A stretch of 64,000 bases of DNA from positions 37,448,001-37,512,000 of the forward strand of contig OX597831.1 of the NCBI GenBank assembly GCA_951406725.2, written 5' to 3'. The translations under genes and the position numbers were made by a program. This DNA comes from Octopus vulgaris. Its lineage: Eukaryota. Of the stretch, positions 1-13,220 are shown in pieces. Below the pieces are notes generated by a model. That model made no database searches. It was not told the origin of the DNA and was given only the letters and a program-made list of their open reading frames with translations. Within the stretch, counting starts at the first letter, position 1, and every line of letters starts with the position of its first letter.

Positions 1-56
1 CAAAATGAATTATAATAGACACAGACACATGCATGAATGAATATAATATCTATATA

Positions 57-122
<66 letters not shown>

Positions 123-322
123 CATATATATATACATATATATATATATGTATATATATGCATATATATACATATATACATAGATACACATATATATAAC
201 TACATAATACATGCATACATACATGCATGTATATATATATATGCATAATGCATGTGTGCCTTCTCTATCAGACACACGCACACAAACATATATGATGTAT
301 TTAAATACGCAAAAATTGAAAT

Positions 323-422
<100 letters not shown>

Positions 423-788
423 TATGTATACACACTGGTGTGTATGGTAATGTATAGAAGAATATATTACTCAAAGAAATTCCGACTTTGATTTTCACGT
501 ATTATTTACAATCAAATTATGTAAGATAGCATGATATAATGAAATGATAGAATATTAAATATCCATTCTGATTGAACTAATACTTTCATGTATTAAACTA
601 TGCAATCTTTAGGTTCATGCATGTAGTAGTGGTGACAGATATATTTTACAATTCACAACTGTAGTGAGTTGGCTAAACTGTATACCATCATATAAATATA
701 TATAGTTGAAATTTACAGAAAAACAATATACGAAGACAGATGTATAAACAACAGGCAAAATACGAAGACAGATGTATAAACAATAGGC

Positions 789-1203
789 ACAGGAGTGGCT
801 GTGTGGTAAGTGGCTTGTTTACCAACCATATGGTTCCCGGTTCAGTCCCAGTGCGTGGCATCTAGGGCAAGTGTCTTCTACTATAGCCTCGGGCCGACCA
901 AAGCCTTGTGAGTGGATTTGGTAGACGGAAACTGAAAGAAGCCCGTCGTATATATGTATATATATATATATGCGTGTGTGTGTTTGTGTGTCTGTGATTT
1001 TCTCCCTAGCATTGCTTGACAACCGATGCTGGTGTGTTTATGTCCCCGTCACTTAGCGGTTCGGCAAAGGCGACCGATAGAATAAGTACTGGGCTTACAA
1101 AAGAATAAGTCCCGGGGTCGAGTTGTTCGATTAAAAGGCGGTGCTCCAGCATGGCCGCAGTCAAATGACTGAAACAAGTAAAAGAGTAAAGAGTAAAGAG
1201 AGA
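789..1203 (+). mobile_element. tRNA-derived CORE-like SINE with internal microsatellite
   Basis: Pol III A/B-box-like head (tggctgtgtggt...ggttcagtccc), gggcaagtgtcttcta core, (AAAGAGT)n tail; many copies in the window. Confidence 0.9.
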
Positions 1204-1238
1204 GTGTGTTAGTTTGAAGCTCGGGGAGGTGAGAAAGA

Positions 1239-1274
1239 CTTTTACGTTTCGAGCCTACGGTCTTCAACAGAAAG
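1239..1274 (-). ncRNA. Minimal hammerhead motif, U6 core variant
   Basis: cttt CTGTTGA a gacc-gtag-gctc GAAA C GTA aaag; one mismatch in stem II. Confidence 0.6.
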
Positions 1275-1399
1275 GAAAATGAGGAAATAAACAGAGAGAG
1301 AATAAAAAAAACTTGTGGAGTTAGCGGTCAATCATGGCGACTTGTTGGACAACTGTTGTTAGACAGGAGAGCTAGAGAGAAGGGGAGATAATAAAGCAC

Positions 1400-1930
1400 C
1401 GGTAATCCCAAAATGAAGGTGTGCGTGCGAGTGTGTAAGTGCGTACGTCTGTAATGTGTGGGTGTGTAGATGATGGTGTGGGTGCTGGGAAAGTGGTTAG
1501 TACTAGTATGTGCGGAGTGGTGTAGGGTGTTGTTGTAGTGGTGTGTGGCGTGGTGGTGTGGTTGTGTGGTGGTGTGGTGGTGTATGGTGTGGTGGTGTGT
1601 GGCGTGGTGGTGTGTGGTGTGGTGTAGTGTTCTGTTTTGTAGTGTGGTGATGTGTGGTGTGGGATGATAGCGTGTAGTGGTTTGACAGTGTTCGTGTGGG
1701 GATGTCGTGTGGGGTGGGCGTTTTGACGTGAGGATGTGGGGGAGGATGCTTTGTGGGTTGAAGACGTGGGGTAGGGTGGGTATGTGGGGTGGGATGTTTC
1801 GGGTGGGGTGTGTGGGAGTGGGATGTGTGGGGGTGGGATGTTCGGGGTGGTGGGATGTGCGAGATGAGATGTGCGGGGTTGGGATGTGCGGGGATAGGGT
1901 GTAGATGTATGTGGTATCAATGAAGGGAGA
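1400..1930. repeat. GT/GGT-rich strand-biased low-complexity tract in the PLE 3' region
   Basis: Degenerate GTG/GGTGT repeats lying between the GIY-YIG end and the HHR. Confidence 0.85.
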
Positions 1931-1984
1931 GAGTGGACAGGAGGGAAGAGAGGAAATAGGTGTCATGGCAAGAGATGAGAGGAG

Positions 1985-2765
1985 GGGAGTCAGCCCATAT
2001 GGTCCAACGGAGTGAAGAGAGAATATTAATTCTAGTTCGCGGCGAAGACGGGAGTCCGGATGTTCCCTGTGCAAAGACAACCCGAACACAGACAGGTGTT
2101 GTAATGGATGTCCGGTAGAACGGAAATGACGCGAAACCGGGGTTTCATTGCCGAGTCTAATGTCTCGGGGGTTCACTGCGAACCGGTCAGCCAAGTGGCG
2201 TTCCGTTTGTCCGATGTACAGAGGGCAGAAAGAGCAGGAGATGCAGTAAATGACGTTGCTAGCAGTGCAGGTAAAGGAGTCAGTGATCAGATTGGGACGA
2301 TATTGGGTGCCTGTGTGGATGATGGTGTCGGAGAGGTAGGGGCAAGTACAGTAGCGCGGGTGGCAGCAGGGGAACGAGGCAGATTGGGAAGGTGGTTAGG
2401 GAAGAAACTGTGGCCAGGAGGTCACCTAGGTTGTGAGCTCATTTTGAAGGAGGGAAGGGGTAGGTTGGGGAAGATGTGCGAGATGGAGGATTGGACTGGA
2501 TTCGCCGGAAGGCTCGAAGAATGGTATGTAGGAAGGACAGGGTTGAAGGTTGGTAATTGAGGTGAAACGAGCAACAGCGGGGTGGGCGCGAGGAGAGAGA
2601 GGCACTGTCCACTGAATGTGCTCTGGCAAAGGCGGTGTGGATAGTGCTGAAGTGATATCTACAAAGGATGAAGTGGCGGGCCATGAGTGGAAACTGTGTC
2701 ACAAAGTCATGGTTTTCACTGCAGAGCATGCGCAGACGGAGGAATTGGAAGTAGGTGATTGAGAG
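1985..2765 (-). pseudogene. Frameshifted Penelope RT C-terminus / GIY-YIG endonuclease fragment
   Basis: VIY...YIG motif, conserved R and E, and the xQFLRLRxxCS motif, split across frames. Confidence 0.85.
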
Positions 2766-2884
2766 ACAGAATGAAAATTGCTATCAAGCGATCATAATGA
2801 ACCGCAAGATCATACTGTTAAAAAGAAAACAATATTTAAGAAAAATTATAGTAATATATCTGGTTTGTTGAAAATCCATATTTG

Positions 2885-2969
2885 TGCAGCTGAAGATAGC
2901 TTTTTTTTAAAGTGATGAAATGATTGCATTGTTCAATAAACCAGAGCCGCTTGAAACGGTCGTACTTCA
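2885..2969 (+). ncRNA. Degenerate hammerhead motif in a second PLE-like terminus (about 2765-3320)
   Basis: tgcag CTGAAGA tagc-[long loop]-gctt GAAA C ggtc GTA cttca; one mismatch each in stems I and II. Confidence 0.55.
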
Positions 2970-3326
2970 TTACTACTTGAAATCATGTTACTTATTTTGA
3001 TTATATATCTAATGCCAACTTATTTTTAAATATTTTAAAATATTTCAAAATATTTGCGTATTTTTAAATATTTATATATTTATATACTTGTATCTTTTGA
3101 TACTGTATCATCTAGAATTTTGTATTGATTGATTAATGTCCAATAATCGTACACATATATATTGAATATTCTATTGGATAATAGGTCATGTTTCTCTAGT
3201 TTTCTGCTGATATTGACTCCATTGAAATTATAAATTGGGACTTTAGCTCAATTAGAGCACTTTAATTTTAGTCGGTTTCTGAGCATTGTTAAATTAACAA
3301 TCTCAACATAAAACTGTATAATTTAT

Positions 3327-3377
<51 letters not shown>

Positions 3378-3447
3378 CGTGTTTGATATATATATATATA
3401 TAAACATACGTGTTTGAGTGTGTGTGTGTGTGTGAGGATATATTTAT

Positions 3448-4100
3448 ATATAGGTGGTGGGATCAAGAAGTATAAGGAACTTTACCATAGTAACAAAGCT
3501 AAAGCGTGCAGAGTGAGTCTGCTCGGCACGGATTGACCTTGAAATCTGTTTTGCAAGCGCACTAAGTTTTAACATTCCATCTCACTTGTGCTGTTTACAG
3601 CAGTTGTTGGAAGGAAGGTGTGTAGCTTGTGATCGTCGCATTGACAATGACAGAGATAGATGAGCAGAGAAATTGCCTCGAATTTTGCCAAACTCGTAGC
3701 GATACCTGCCCAGAGGCCCACGCAAAGTTTTAGAAAAGTGTTCATGGTTCTCGATGCAACTGAAACTCTAGTGTTTCTTTGGTCAGCTGAAAACAAGTTT
3801 TGGTGCAAACTTGGAAGACACGCGTCTTATACACACCTCTCCATACATTTTCTGCAACCTTGTGTCGGCTTCTGAGTAGGTATCCCCATGACAACTTTCT
3901 CTGCCATGGTCAAGGCGACGATCACATGCTGCACACGTTACTTCCAAGCACTGCTGTAAACAGCGGAAGGGAGCAAGAAGGTTAAAACTTGGTATACATG
4001 CACAGTAGTGCTTAAGGTAAAGATTTGCCAAGCGGCTACATTCTGCATATCTTTGCTTCGTTACAATGGCAACAGTCCGTATACTTATTGAGCAGAGCTC

Positions 4101-4103
<3 letters not shown>
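3448..4103. mobile_element. Old mariner-derived MITE with long imperfect terminal inverted repeats
   Basis: About 3480-3660 is a degenerate reverse complement of about 3900-4080. The right end reverse-complements to TACGAGctctgctcaataagtatacggact (mariner-like TIR). TA flanks. Confidence 0.65.
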
Positions 4104-4136
<33 letters not shown>

Positions 4137-4410
4137 GAAACCGGCCTTAGCAAACATATTCTGTCTGTTTTGCTAGAAAGAGGTAGAAACTGATCAGTCC
4201 GGGATGTATCGTTAATGATAAATGTTTTTGATTTTCACTCTCGATAAATTTATCCCTTTGTGTGTCCCTAGCACTTGGCATCCTTATTTAGGAGCCCTTA
4301 ATTATATTTCTATATGAATAATATTCTTCTATATGAATAATATTTTGTCTAATGACTAATTCGTCCTTTGTGCTGGGCCACTGGTAGTAATCTATGTTAT
4401 TACCTTTTTG

Positions 4411-4451
<41 letters not shown>

Positions 4452-4537
4452 AATGTACCAAAATATTATTGTCTTTCGGAGGTACACCTTATATACATTT
4501 GTGTTGCCTCTCTCACTAGTAATCTAGTAATGCCTTT

Positions 4538-4576
<39 letters not shown>

Positions 4577-4639
4577 CTATCCGTCCAACAGGACCGTGAA
4601 AGCGTGAGTAACAGTTGTGTGATATTTCTGTTTTAATAA

Positions 4640-4689
<50 letters not shown>

Positions 4690-4776
4690 TTAAATATATA
4701 CACACATATATATATACATATACATACATGTGTGTGTATGCACATATATATAGATACAAATATATATGCATATGTG

Positions 4777-4814
<38 letters not shown>

Positions 4815-4828
4815 CATACATGTGTGTA

Positions 4829-4862
<34 letters not shown>

Positions 4863-5041
4863 TAGATAGATTCAAATATATATACGGCAGGCTCTCCCAA
4901 ATCCACTCACTAGGCATTGGTGGGCCCCAGTCCAGTCTATAGTCGGTGCGAGTCTATAAATTTGGTGGTGTCACGCAGTCGGACTGAATCTTAAACCATT
5001 TGGCTGAGAAGGAAAACTTTTACCACAAACCTACGCAGGAT

Positions 5042-5042
5042 A

Positions 5043-5135
<93 letters not shown>

Positions 5136-5136
5136 A

Positions 5137-5178
<42 letters not shown>

Positions 5179-5230
5179 GCTATATATCTATCAATTTATC
5201 GGTCTGTCTGTCTATCTATCTTTCTATCTA
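5042..5230. repeat. (TC)n/(TATC)n microsatellite
   Basis: Direct reading. Confidence 0.95.
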
Positions 5231-6710
5231 TGTGTCTCTCGGTCTGATAGAAAGATAGACAGATAGATTTCTTCCCGGGTTTCAAGGCTGTGATATATTC
5301 CATAACGCCTACAGGCTCACTGAGATTACCAGGAACATTCCATTAATGCTATTGCAAGGAGTCTAGGCAATTCAAACGGGCAGAGAATAGAAGAAAGAAA
5401 GATGCGTGTATCGGAAATTTGAGTGATGGAGCCATGAAATCAACCTGTTCTGAGTAGCAGAAAAAAAAGTCCAGAAAAAGAACAAACACACTCAGGCGCT
5501 CTCGCACACACACGCACACACACACACACGCACACACACACACACATTCTCTCTCTCACTCTCACACAAGCACTCAAACACGCAAACACACCTACACAAA
5601 CACCGATGTACGTAATCCCATGTTGGCGGACTCCTGCTTATATCAAGTTGTTCCTACTTATCTATCGCTTTGGTTGCGAAAAATGCTTGTTATCAATAAG
5701 ATTGTCATCCTTACCTGCGTCAATACACCACCGTGTATTTATGATGGTAATCGTTTTCTGCTGCTCTTCATAGATATATCGTTGTGTATGTATATGTCAC
5801 ACGCTTCTAAGTGTACTAGAGAATGCGTGCTTGTGAGCTTGAGAGCATATGAGCATATTTACTTGCGTGTTTGAAATCACAAGATTTGCAACGCGAATAT
5901 TATCTGTTCGTGGAAATAGCGGATTAAAAGTATTAATTTATGCCACTATGTGAAGTCATACACAAAATATAAGCCGAAGCGATAATATATATTCTCATCA
6001 GGCAATGCTTACGATCCATATCGAAATTGCTTCCATTTTGATTCATTGTTGACGTCTTTAGAATAGATATTCCTGTCCAATTCTCACAGATATTGTTAGA
6101 GACCAGCCAGCATTCGTGCTACGCACGCCGAACCTATATCACTCAAACATTCTCAGCTGTTCAATATGGCATTCGCTGTCATAAATTTTCTTGCCATTTG
6201 TCAAAGCTATCTTTAGAAATAAATAGATTTGTTCAGTGATAGAAATCTTAAGCTTCTATGATTCCATTCATCATGAATACTAGAAGACGAGCTTATAACA
6301 TGTGAATGATATTTGAACTTCCGTGGGGTTGCTACTGAAAATTCTTAAGTACATCTATTTCCGCCAAAATCTTCGATCTATACCAGATTTTTCCCTCTTT
6401 CACCTCCCCGCCAGTGTTTTTCAATACTCACACCAGCCTACTCAAAGCAACTGTTTCTTACATAAATATGAGTTATTAACGTATAGCCAAGAAGAAATGA
6501 GAAACATATCTCTTATGCCTTCTCTAAATATCAAACGTCAGCTTGGCTGTGTGGTTAACAAGTTCACTTCGCAAACTCGAGATTCTGGTTTCGATTTTAC
6601 TTCATGGCACTTAAGGTGTTTTTAATGTAACTTCAGGTTTACCAATACTCTGTTAGAACTTAGTAGACGGAAAGTATGTATGTATGCGCGTATGTATATA
6701 TTTGTGTGTA

Positions 6711-6752
<42 letters not shown>

Positions 6753-7131
6753 AGTCAGTAAATGGTGGGGTTGTGTTAACCACACGTAGGGGACACATCA
6801 ACATCCAACCTTTTCAAACAAAACACTATACCAAAACACAGACATCCTAATCCTCCGAAGAAGTTTTTCCATGGACTAATATTGAACTCTAAAATCATAA
6901 AGACACTAAAATGTATTGGTATACTTATTTATTAATTTTTATATATATTTATTATATTTTTGAGAAAAAAAACATTGTAAATATCTTTTTTCTCCTTCCT
7001 CAAGCTAAAAAATTGTTTTTCCTTTCCAAATCTTTAAAATTTGCCTTTGATCTCTTTTTTAAAAATTTTCATACACCCATTTTTATTAAAATTTACTTTC
7101 AGTTTAGCATTCTGCCTTATTATTTTTCCTC

Positions 7132-7174
<43 letters not shown>

Positions 7175-7394
7175 GCTAGGGTTCAGTATGCACAGGATCG
7201 AGCAACATCGTGCAACAGATACCCAACCAATACTTCTAAAATTTACAGCCAAATGTGAAAGCACTATTCATCCCTTGTACCCACGGCTATGTTACGAGCA
7301 GTACCGCAGAAAAGTGCAGTATACTATCATGGAGTAAATTATAATTTCAAGTTAATAATAAAAGGGTAAAATTAATTTATCAAATTAATTAATT

Positions 7395-8250
7395 AATTAA
7401 TTAATCAATTAATAAATTATTTTGTCAAGTAGATCGGTACGTTAAAATAATCTTTAAAGGTAAAATTATACAGGCGCAGGAGTGGCTGTGTGGTAAGTAG
7501 CTTGTTTACCAACCACATGGTTCCGGGTTCAGTCCCACTGCGCGGCATCTTGGGCAGGTGTCTTCTACTATAGCCTCGGGCCGACCAAAGCCTTGTGAGT
7601 GGATTTTGTAGACGGAAACTGAAAGAAGCCCGTCGTATATATGTATATATATATATATATATGCGTATGTGTGTATGTGTTTGTCCCCCTAGCATTGCTT
7701 GACAACCGATGCTAGTGTGTTTATGTCCCCGTTACTTAGCTGTTCAGCAAAAGAGACCGATAGAATAAGTACTGGGCTTACAAAAGAATAATCCCGGGGT
7801 CGAGTTGCTCGATTAAAGGCGGTGCTCCAGCATGGCCGCAGTCAAATGACTGAAAGAAGTAAAAGAGTAAAAGAGCAAATATTCTATAATTATAAACATA
7901 ATTATAATAGGGTTCAGCTAACTGCTTCACCGCATACCGAATTTACAAATAGGAGTTACAAAATTCATTTTCTACTACCGTAGCAATCTCCCACACTTTT
8001 TTACGTAAGCAAAGAGAAAAAAACAATGAATCGACACAACTCCGATTAGCCAAATACGCGTTTCGAGATTATAGCGTTAAGGAATTTTTAACACCAATTT
8101 CTAAATTCGGTTTGTTGTGAAGCAATTAGCTAACCCCCAATTACAATTATATTTATAATTATAGAATATTTGTATAATTCTACCTATAAAGATTATTTTA
8201 ACGTACCGATCCACTTGGTAAAATTAATTAATTGATTGATTAATTAATTT
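7395..8250. repeat. Fold-back inverted-repeat element whose left arm is split by a SINE
   Basis: 7395-7471 joined to 7877-7970 is the reverse complement of about 8080-8250. Confidence 0.8.
7472..7876 (+). mobile_element. Full-length tRNA-derived CORE-like SINE
   Basis: Near-identical to 789-1203. Confidence 0.9.
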
Positions 8251-8302
8251 TACACATTTATCATTATTAATATCATTATTATCATTATTATTATTATTAT
8301 TA

Positions 8303-8346
<44 letters not shown>

Positions 8347-8368
8347 AATATTATATATATATATATAT

Positions 8369-8410
8369 ATTAATTGTTATCGCCATATTAATATGGCGAT
8401 AACAATTAAT
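8369..8410. repeat. Perfect 42-bp spacerless palindrome
   Basis: attaattgttatcgccatatt|aatatggcgataacaattaat. Confidence 0.95.
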
Positions 8411-8609
8411 TTCCAGCAACGCTGCCGTAATCTCTTTTAGAGAGACTTAGTAATTTCAATATTTCTATATATATATATATATATACAGATATACATTCAC
8501 ACACATATTTATATATAGATATATACTGGTGTGTGTACATGCATACATGTGGATCATTGACGATTTTTTCTTCCTTCTTTCTTTTCTCTTGGTCTTTCCT
8601 CCGTTTCCT

Positions 8610-8644
8610 GTTTCTGATGAAGTCCTTAGCTCGAAACATAAAGC
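8610..8644 (+). ncRNA. Decayed hammerhead motif in a pseudo-LTR-like fragment (about 8530-8750)
   Basis: ttt CTGATGA a gtccttagctc GAAA CATA aag; same layout as the U6 family but with a canonical core. Confidence 0.45.
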
Positions 8645-9145
8645 TACTTTTCTTTCCTTCCTTCCATGAGAATCTGCTAATACTTTGCATGTACCACGCC
8701 CTCATGTTATTGTTTTATTTTCTTACGTATTTCCACGTTTTCTTATTATATATATATATAAATATATATACGTCGAATAATCCAGAGTGCAACAAAAGAA
8801 ACTCCTATGCGTAACCTGTCTACTGCTATGGCACTTGTGAAGTTAGTCAGATAGTAATGGCATTTTCACTTACATAATGTTTTTTTCTCTTTGTATTTCT
8901 GTTGCCACCATGATTTAAACTGGAGCAGGCCGGGTGTTTACATTTCAAAATCACAAGACTTTCCCCAGGGAACATTGCACGGTTACACCTTCCCTGTCAC
9001 TGGTATACACTGTTAACTGTTGTTCGGTTTGGGAACACAATCAATTTATGACCTAACAATTGTGAACACTTGCACTCTAATCACTATGTGATACGCTTTC
9101 ATTTTATTCACTAAGAAGGAATTTATCTGTTATAGAGATTAAGAA

Positions 9146-9494
9146 GGCGCGTGGCTCAGTGATTAGAGCGTCGAGCTTACGATCATGAGGTTGTGAGCTC
9201 GAATCCCGGACCGGGCTGCGTGTTGTGTTCTTGAGCAAGACACTTTATTTCACGTTGCTCCAGTTCACTCAGCTGTAGAGATGAGTTGCGACGTCACAGG
9301 TGCCAAGCTGTATCGGCCCCTTTGCTTTCCCTTGGACAACATCGGTGGCGTGGAGAGGGGAGACCAGTATACATGGGCGACTGCTGGTCTTCCATAAAAA
9401 CAACCTTGCCCAGACTTGTGCCTCAGAGGGTAACTCTCTAGGTGCAAACCCATGGTCAGTGTCTGACCGAAGGAGGTCAAAAAAAAAAAAAAAA
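9146..9494 (+). mobile_element. Full-length tRNA-derived SINE (Meta-like central domain) with poly(A) tail and 12-bp TSD
   Basis: tRNA-like head with A/B boxes; agagattaagaa at both 9134-9145 and 9495-9506. Confidence 0.9.
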
Positions 9495-9579
9495 AGAGAT
9501 TAAGAAATTAAAAAGAATAAGCTTAAACTGTCAATCGCTGGAAAAATAGGTGGGAGTGTTGAATTATCCCAGCTTTAAG

Positions 9580-9768
9580 GGTGTCACGAAATGCCTTGTT
9601 GGAGGTCCAAATTTCCGGGTTATTTTATAATGCTTAGGAAAAGTGAAGGACTATTGCAATAAGTATGTGAATCTGAGAGGGGAATATGTTGAATAAGATC
9701 ATAATTAACTCATCCTCCAGCATTTTCTTTTACCCAAAGCCAGGAACTTTTCACCCCACCCCCGTCAT
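9580..9768 (+). mobile_element. Mariner transposon 3' remnant with right TIR
   Basis: Encodes KYVNLRGEYVE*, a typical mariner C-terminus, followed by a TIR-like end. Confidence 0.65.
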
Positions 9769-10739
9769 ATATTTATAATCAATTGCAGAATTGATAAATC
9801 AACTTATACTTCAAACAACTTAAATGTATTACACCTTTGAAATACAATAAGAACAGACAAAATTATTATGAAATGTTCACGTGTGTACAGATAATCCCGA
9901 TGACAAACATCAGAAGTTATTAATTCTGAGTGCCTTCTTATATAGACTTATACTGAAATAGGCAAACAATTCTAACAATACCAATTATCCTTCGTGGTAT
10001 TGTGATTGTCTTATTGTGTATCTTCGTTCGTGCTCTTGTTGGCAGATACCTTTCAAACGAACGTTCAAACATTTCCAAACAGGTGAACCGCAAGTAGTCG
10101 TGGGTGCGTAACTATGCACTTAGTGAATTATGTAGCTTACATGTATTTATGAAAACACAAAACAACAATTTGTGAGAAAGAGTTTTTACATCACTGCGTA
10201 TACAATAGGCCTGCTAGTCAGAGCAAGCAAATTACATTCATATCACCCGTAACTTAACGTTTGTTTATCATGCAGAAGGTACCACCGAATAATTTATTCT
10301 CTAAACAATCCAATTTCCACAGGTGAACAAAGTGTAAATGCCTGTTGTTAGCTAGATTATTAACGGCATTATTTCGATAAGTACACAAATCCTACATTCT
10401 TCTGAAAAGAGAGTAAATTCGAACGCATTCCCTCAACATACTAGAAATGGCTGCAAGTTCTTTCTCAAATCGTACTTAACAATCTCATAAAAAAGACCCA
10501 TAAGCTATCTTCCTTCTGAATACATTAGGATTGCTCGGACACAGACAAGAGTTTCAGTTTGTCAGTTGTTGATTTGGAGAGGGAGCCACAGAACGGAAAT
10601 GGATGGAAGAAAAAAGTACACAGGGACTGTTAAGCACAAGAAGATCAAGAGAAACCTTAGAAGGAATGAACCTGGAGAAAATAAGGGGATGTTGCTTTTA
10701 ATGTGTGTGATTTATGGAAGAAAATACTTGAGTCATGCA

Positions 10740-11015
10740 GTCTAGTCAGCCCTCAGAGAACCCACAGGAATTAACCCCTTGTCAATTGTGATGCGACTAT
10801 TGTTCACAAAAGAACGTGTGCAACCTGCGGAATGGCGTGCCTTTCAGTTGGAGGATAGAAAAGGCATGTCAAAAGGCTCCATACTGTGGCACCTGTTCTT
10901 TCTGATAGCCAGCACAGCTGCGCATTATGCAGTAGAATGTGAAAGTCTTTGGCCGGGCTCAAGAATCATACACAGGCCTTATATTGCATCATCAATGTCT
11001 CATTTCAATGTTTCT
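10740..11015 (-). mobile_element. Possible highly decayed RTE-like LINE fragment
   Basis: Faint resemblance to RTE RT C-terminal motifs (YKACV and downstream); broken frames. Confidence 0.3.
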
Positions 11016-11044
11016 TTCTGGCTGTGTCTTTGCTCGTATATATA

Positions 11045-11273
11045 TTTCTTTACTACCCACAAGGAGCTAAACACAGATGAGACAAACAAGGACAGACAAA
11101 CGGATTAAGTCGATTACATCGACCCCAGTGCGTAACTGGTACTTAATTTATCGACTCCGGAATGATGAAAGGCAAAAGTCGACCTCGGCGGAATTTGAAC
11201 TCGGAACGTAACGGCAGACGAAATACGGCAACCCATTTCGCCCGGCGTGCTAACGTTTCTGCCAGCTCGCCGC
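11045..11273 (-). mobile_element. Nin/Deu-domain SINE with 17-bp TSD
   Basis: Nin-like domain (gtcgacttttgcctttcatc...gtcgataaattaagtaccag) on minus; ctttgctcgtatatata at 11028-11044 and 11274-11290. Confidence 0.9.
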
Positions 11274-11399
11274 CTTTGCTCGTATATATACAGTATATAT
11301 ACATACATATATGTGTGTGTGTGTGCGCCTGTGTGTTTGTGTATATGTGTAGGCGCGTGCGTGAACGCATCCGTGTGTGTATGTGTGTGTCATTGTGTC

Positions 11400-11590
11400 C
11401 GTATTTTCTCCGTCTATCGACTGGTGTTAGTGTGCTTACGTCCCCGATAGAGACCGATAGAATCGGTACCAGGTTTTAAAAGATATAAACCCTGGGGTCG
11501 ATTTGTACGACTAAAGCTCTCCAAGGCAGTGCCTCAGCATTGCTGCATTCAAATGACTGAAACAAGTAAAAGATAAAAAATAAGATAAAG
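11400..11590 (+). mobile_element. 3' half of CORE-like SINE
   Basis: Similar to 1020-1200. Confidence 0.75.
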
Positions 11591-11772
11591 ATACGGTTGG
11601 GTGTTCGATTCCTGAACCGGGCTGCCTGCTGAACCCTTCACGAAAAATCATTATTCAGTTCGCATTGGTTCAGTTTACTCGCTTATAATGAATATTAGCC
11701 AGGGTTATGTTGTATCTTTCTCTTTCCCTCCCTCTCACTCACTCTCTATCTGTCTATATTTCTAGCTATCAG

Positions 11773-11810
<38 letters not shown>

Positions 11811-12328
11811 GAACAGTCCCATGCTGGATATTGCGCTGGGTCAGATTTTATGAAAGGAAGAAGCGCTAGAGGTCACCTAATACAATTAACGAACGCGTAG
11901 CACATGTTTATCACATTACATTCATTCGTGAGTAACGATTCAATGTAGATTAATTGTAATGACATTTTTACTTCCTTCAATCAACAGACACGCAAACAAC
12001 AACGTATTTCGAATGGAAGTTTTGTGATACCGGAAATATGAAAATTGATCGTTTACACGACATTACATATGTCACAATATACAATTTTGATGGTTCCGGT
12101 ACGTGGAAATTGGCAATTTTCGTTACGCTGGACCAGGCAGAATTAACTTCTCTGATTATTTTTTGAAAAAAACTTACACGCATGTCACGATACGATACAA
12201 CGCATTAACGGCCAGTATATTGGGCATACGTATGTTAGTGTTACTCTTCTTTGAGTCATATGATATTTAATCTACGATTCTTCAAATATATCTATCTGTA
12301 TCTCTGTCAATCTATCTATCTATCTATA

Positions 12329-12367
<39 letters not shown>

Positions 12368-12725
12368 TTATCTATCTAGCTGTGTATGTATGTATGTATG
12401 TATGTATGTATGTATGTATGTATGTATGTATGTATGTATGTGCATATACATATTTAGATAAAAGTAAAGGATAAGCGTGAAAATGAAAAAAGAATATATT
12501 TTACCATCATGAGGTTTCGCCCTTTGACCCTAAAACAACACGTCGGATATGCATTTCGTATCTTAGCTTCTGATGGTCCATTGCGCTTTTCCTTCAATCT
12601 GGTGGACGGAAATTATGCACCGCCTAAATCACACCATCCGAACACAATCACCCGAACTTACATACAATCCCACAGGGGAGTGGGCATGTACACGTGAGTA
12701 TGTATATGTATATATGTATATATAT

Positions 12726-12809
<84 letters not shown>

Positions 12810-13187
12810 ATATGTAATTATATATATATATATATATACACATACATACATATGTATATACATACATATATATAAGAGACCATACATGCGCAAAATTATG
12901 ACAGGTGTGTGTGCGCGAGTGTGTGTGTGCGTGCGTGCATGTGTGTGTATATATGTGTGTGTTCACCTGTTTCTATGTCAATGTTTGTGTGTCTGTGTCT
13001 GTGTCCGCGTTTGTTTGTGCGCGCGTGTGTCCGTGTGAGTGTGCGTACGTGTGTGTGTAAGTGTGTGCGTATGTGTGTGTCTCTGTGTGTGTTCATCTAC
13101 GTTTCCATGTCTATGTGTGTGTGTGTGTGTGTCTGTTTCTGTGTTCGTGTGAATCTGTGTGTGTTTGTGCGTGCGTGCGTGCGTGTG

Positions 13188-13220
<33 letters not shown>

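Larger units (their letters stand above)
705..2765 (-). mobile_element. 5'-truncated Penelope-like retroelement (RT C-terminus, Cys linker, GIY-YIG endonuclease, low-complexity 3' tract, HHR-bearing pseudo-LTR), interrupted by a SINE
   Basis: Minus strand reads ITYFQFLRLRMLCSEN (RT thumb), then SFTCTASNVIYCISCSFCPLYIGQTERHLADRF...RRELELIFSLHSVGPYGL (GIY-YIG). The terminal sequence at 1201-1325 resumes at 705-788 across the SINE. Confidence 0.85.

Noticed and set aside
1372-1920. His/Thr/Pro-rich ORFs
   Set aside because: Translation of the low-complexity PLE 3' tract.
9146-9216. tRNA gene
   Set aside because: It is the tRNA-derived head of a SINE with body, tail and TSD; the same applies to about 16685-16756.
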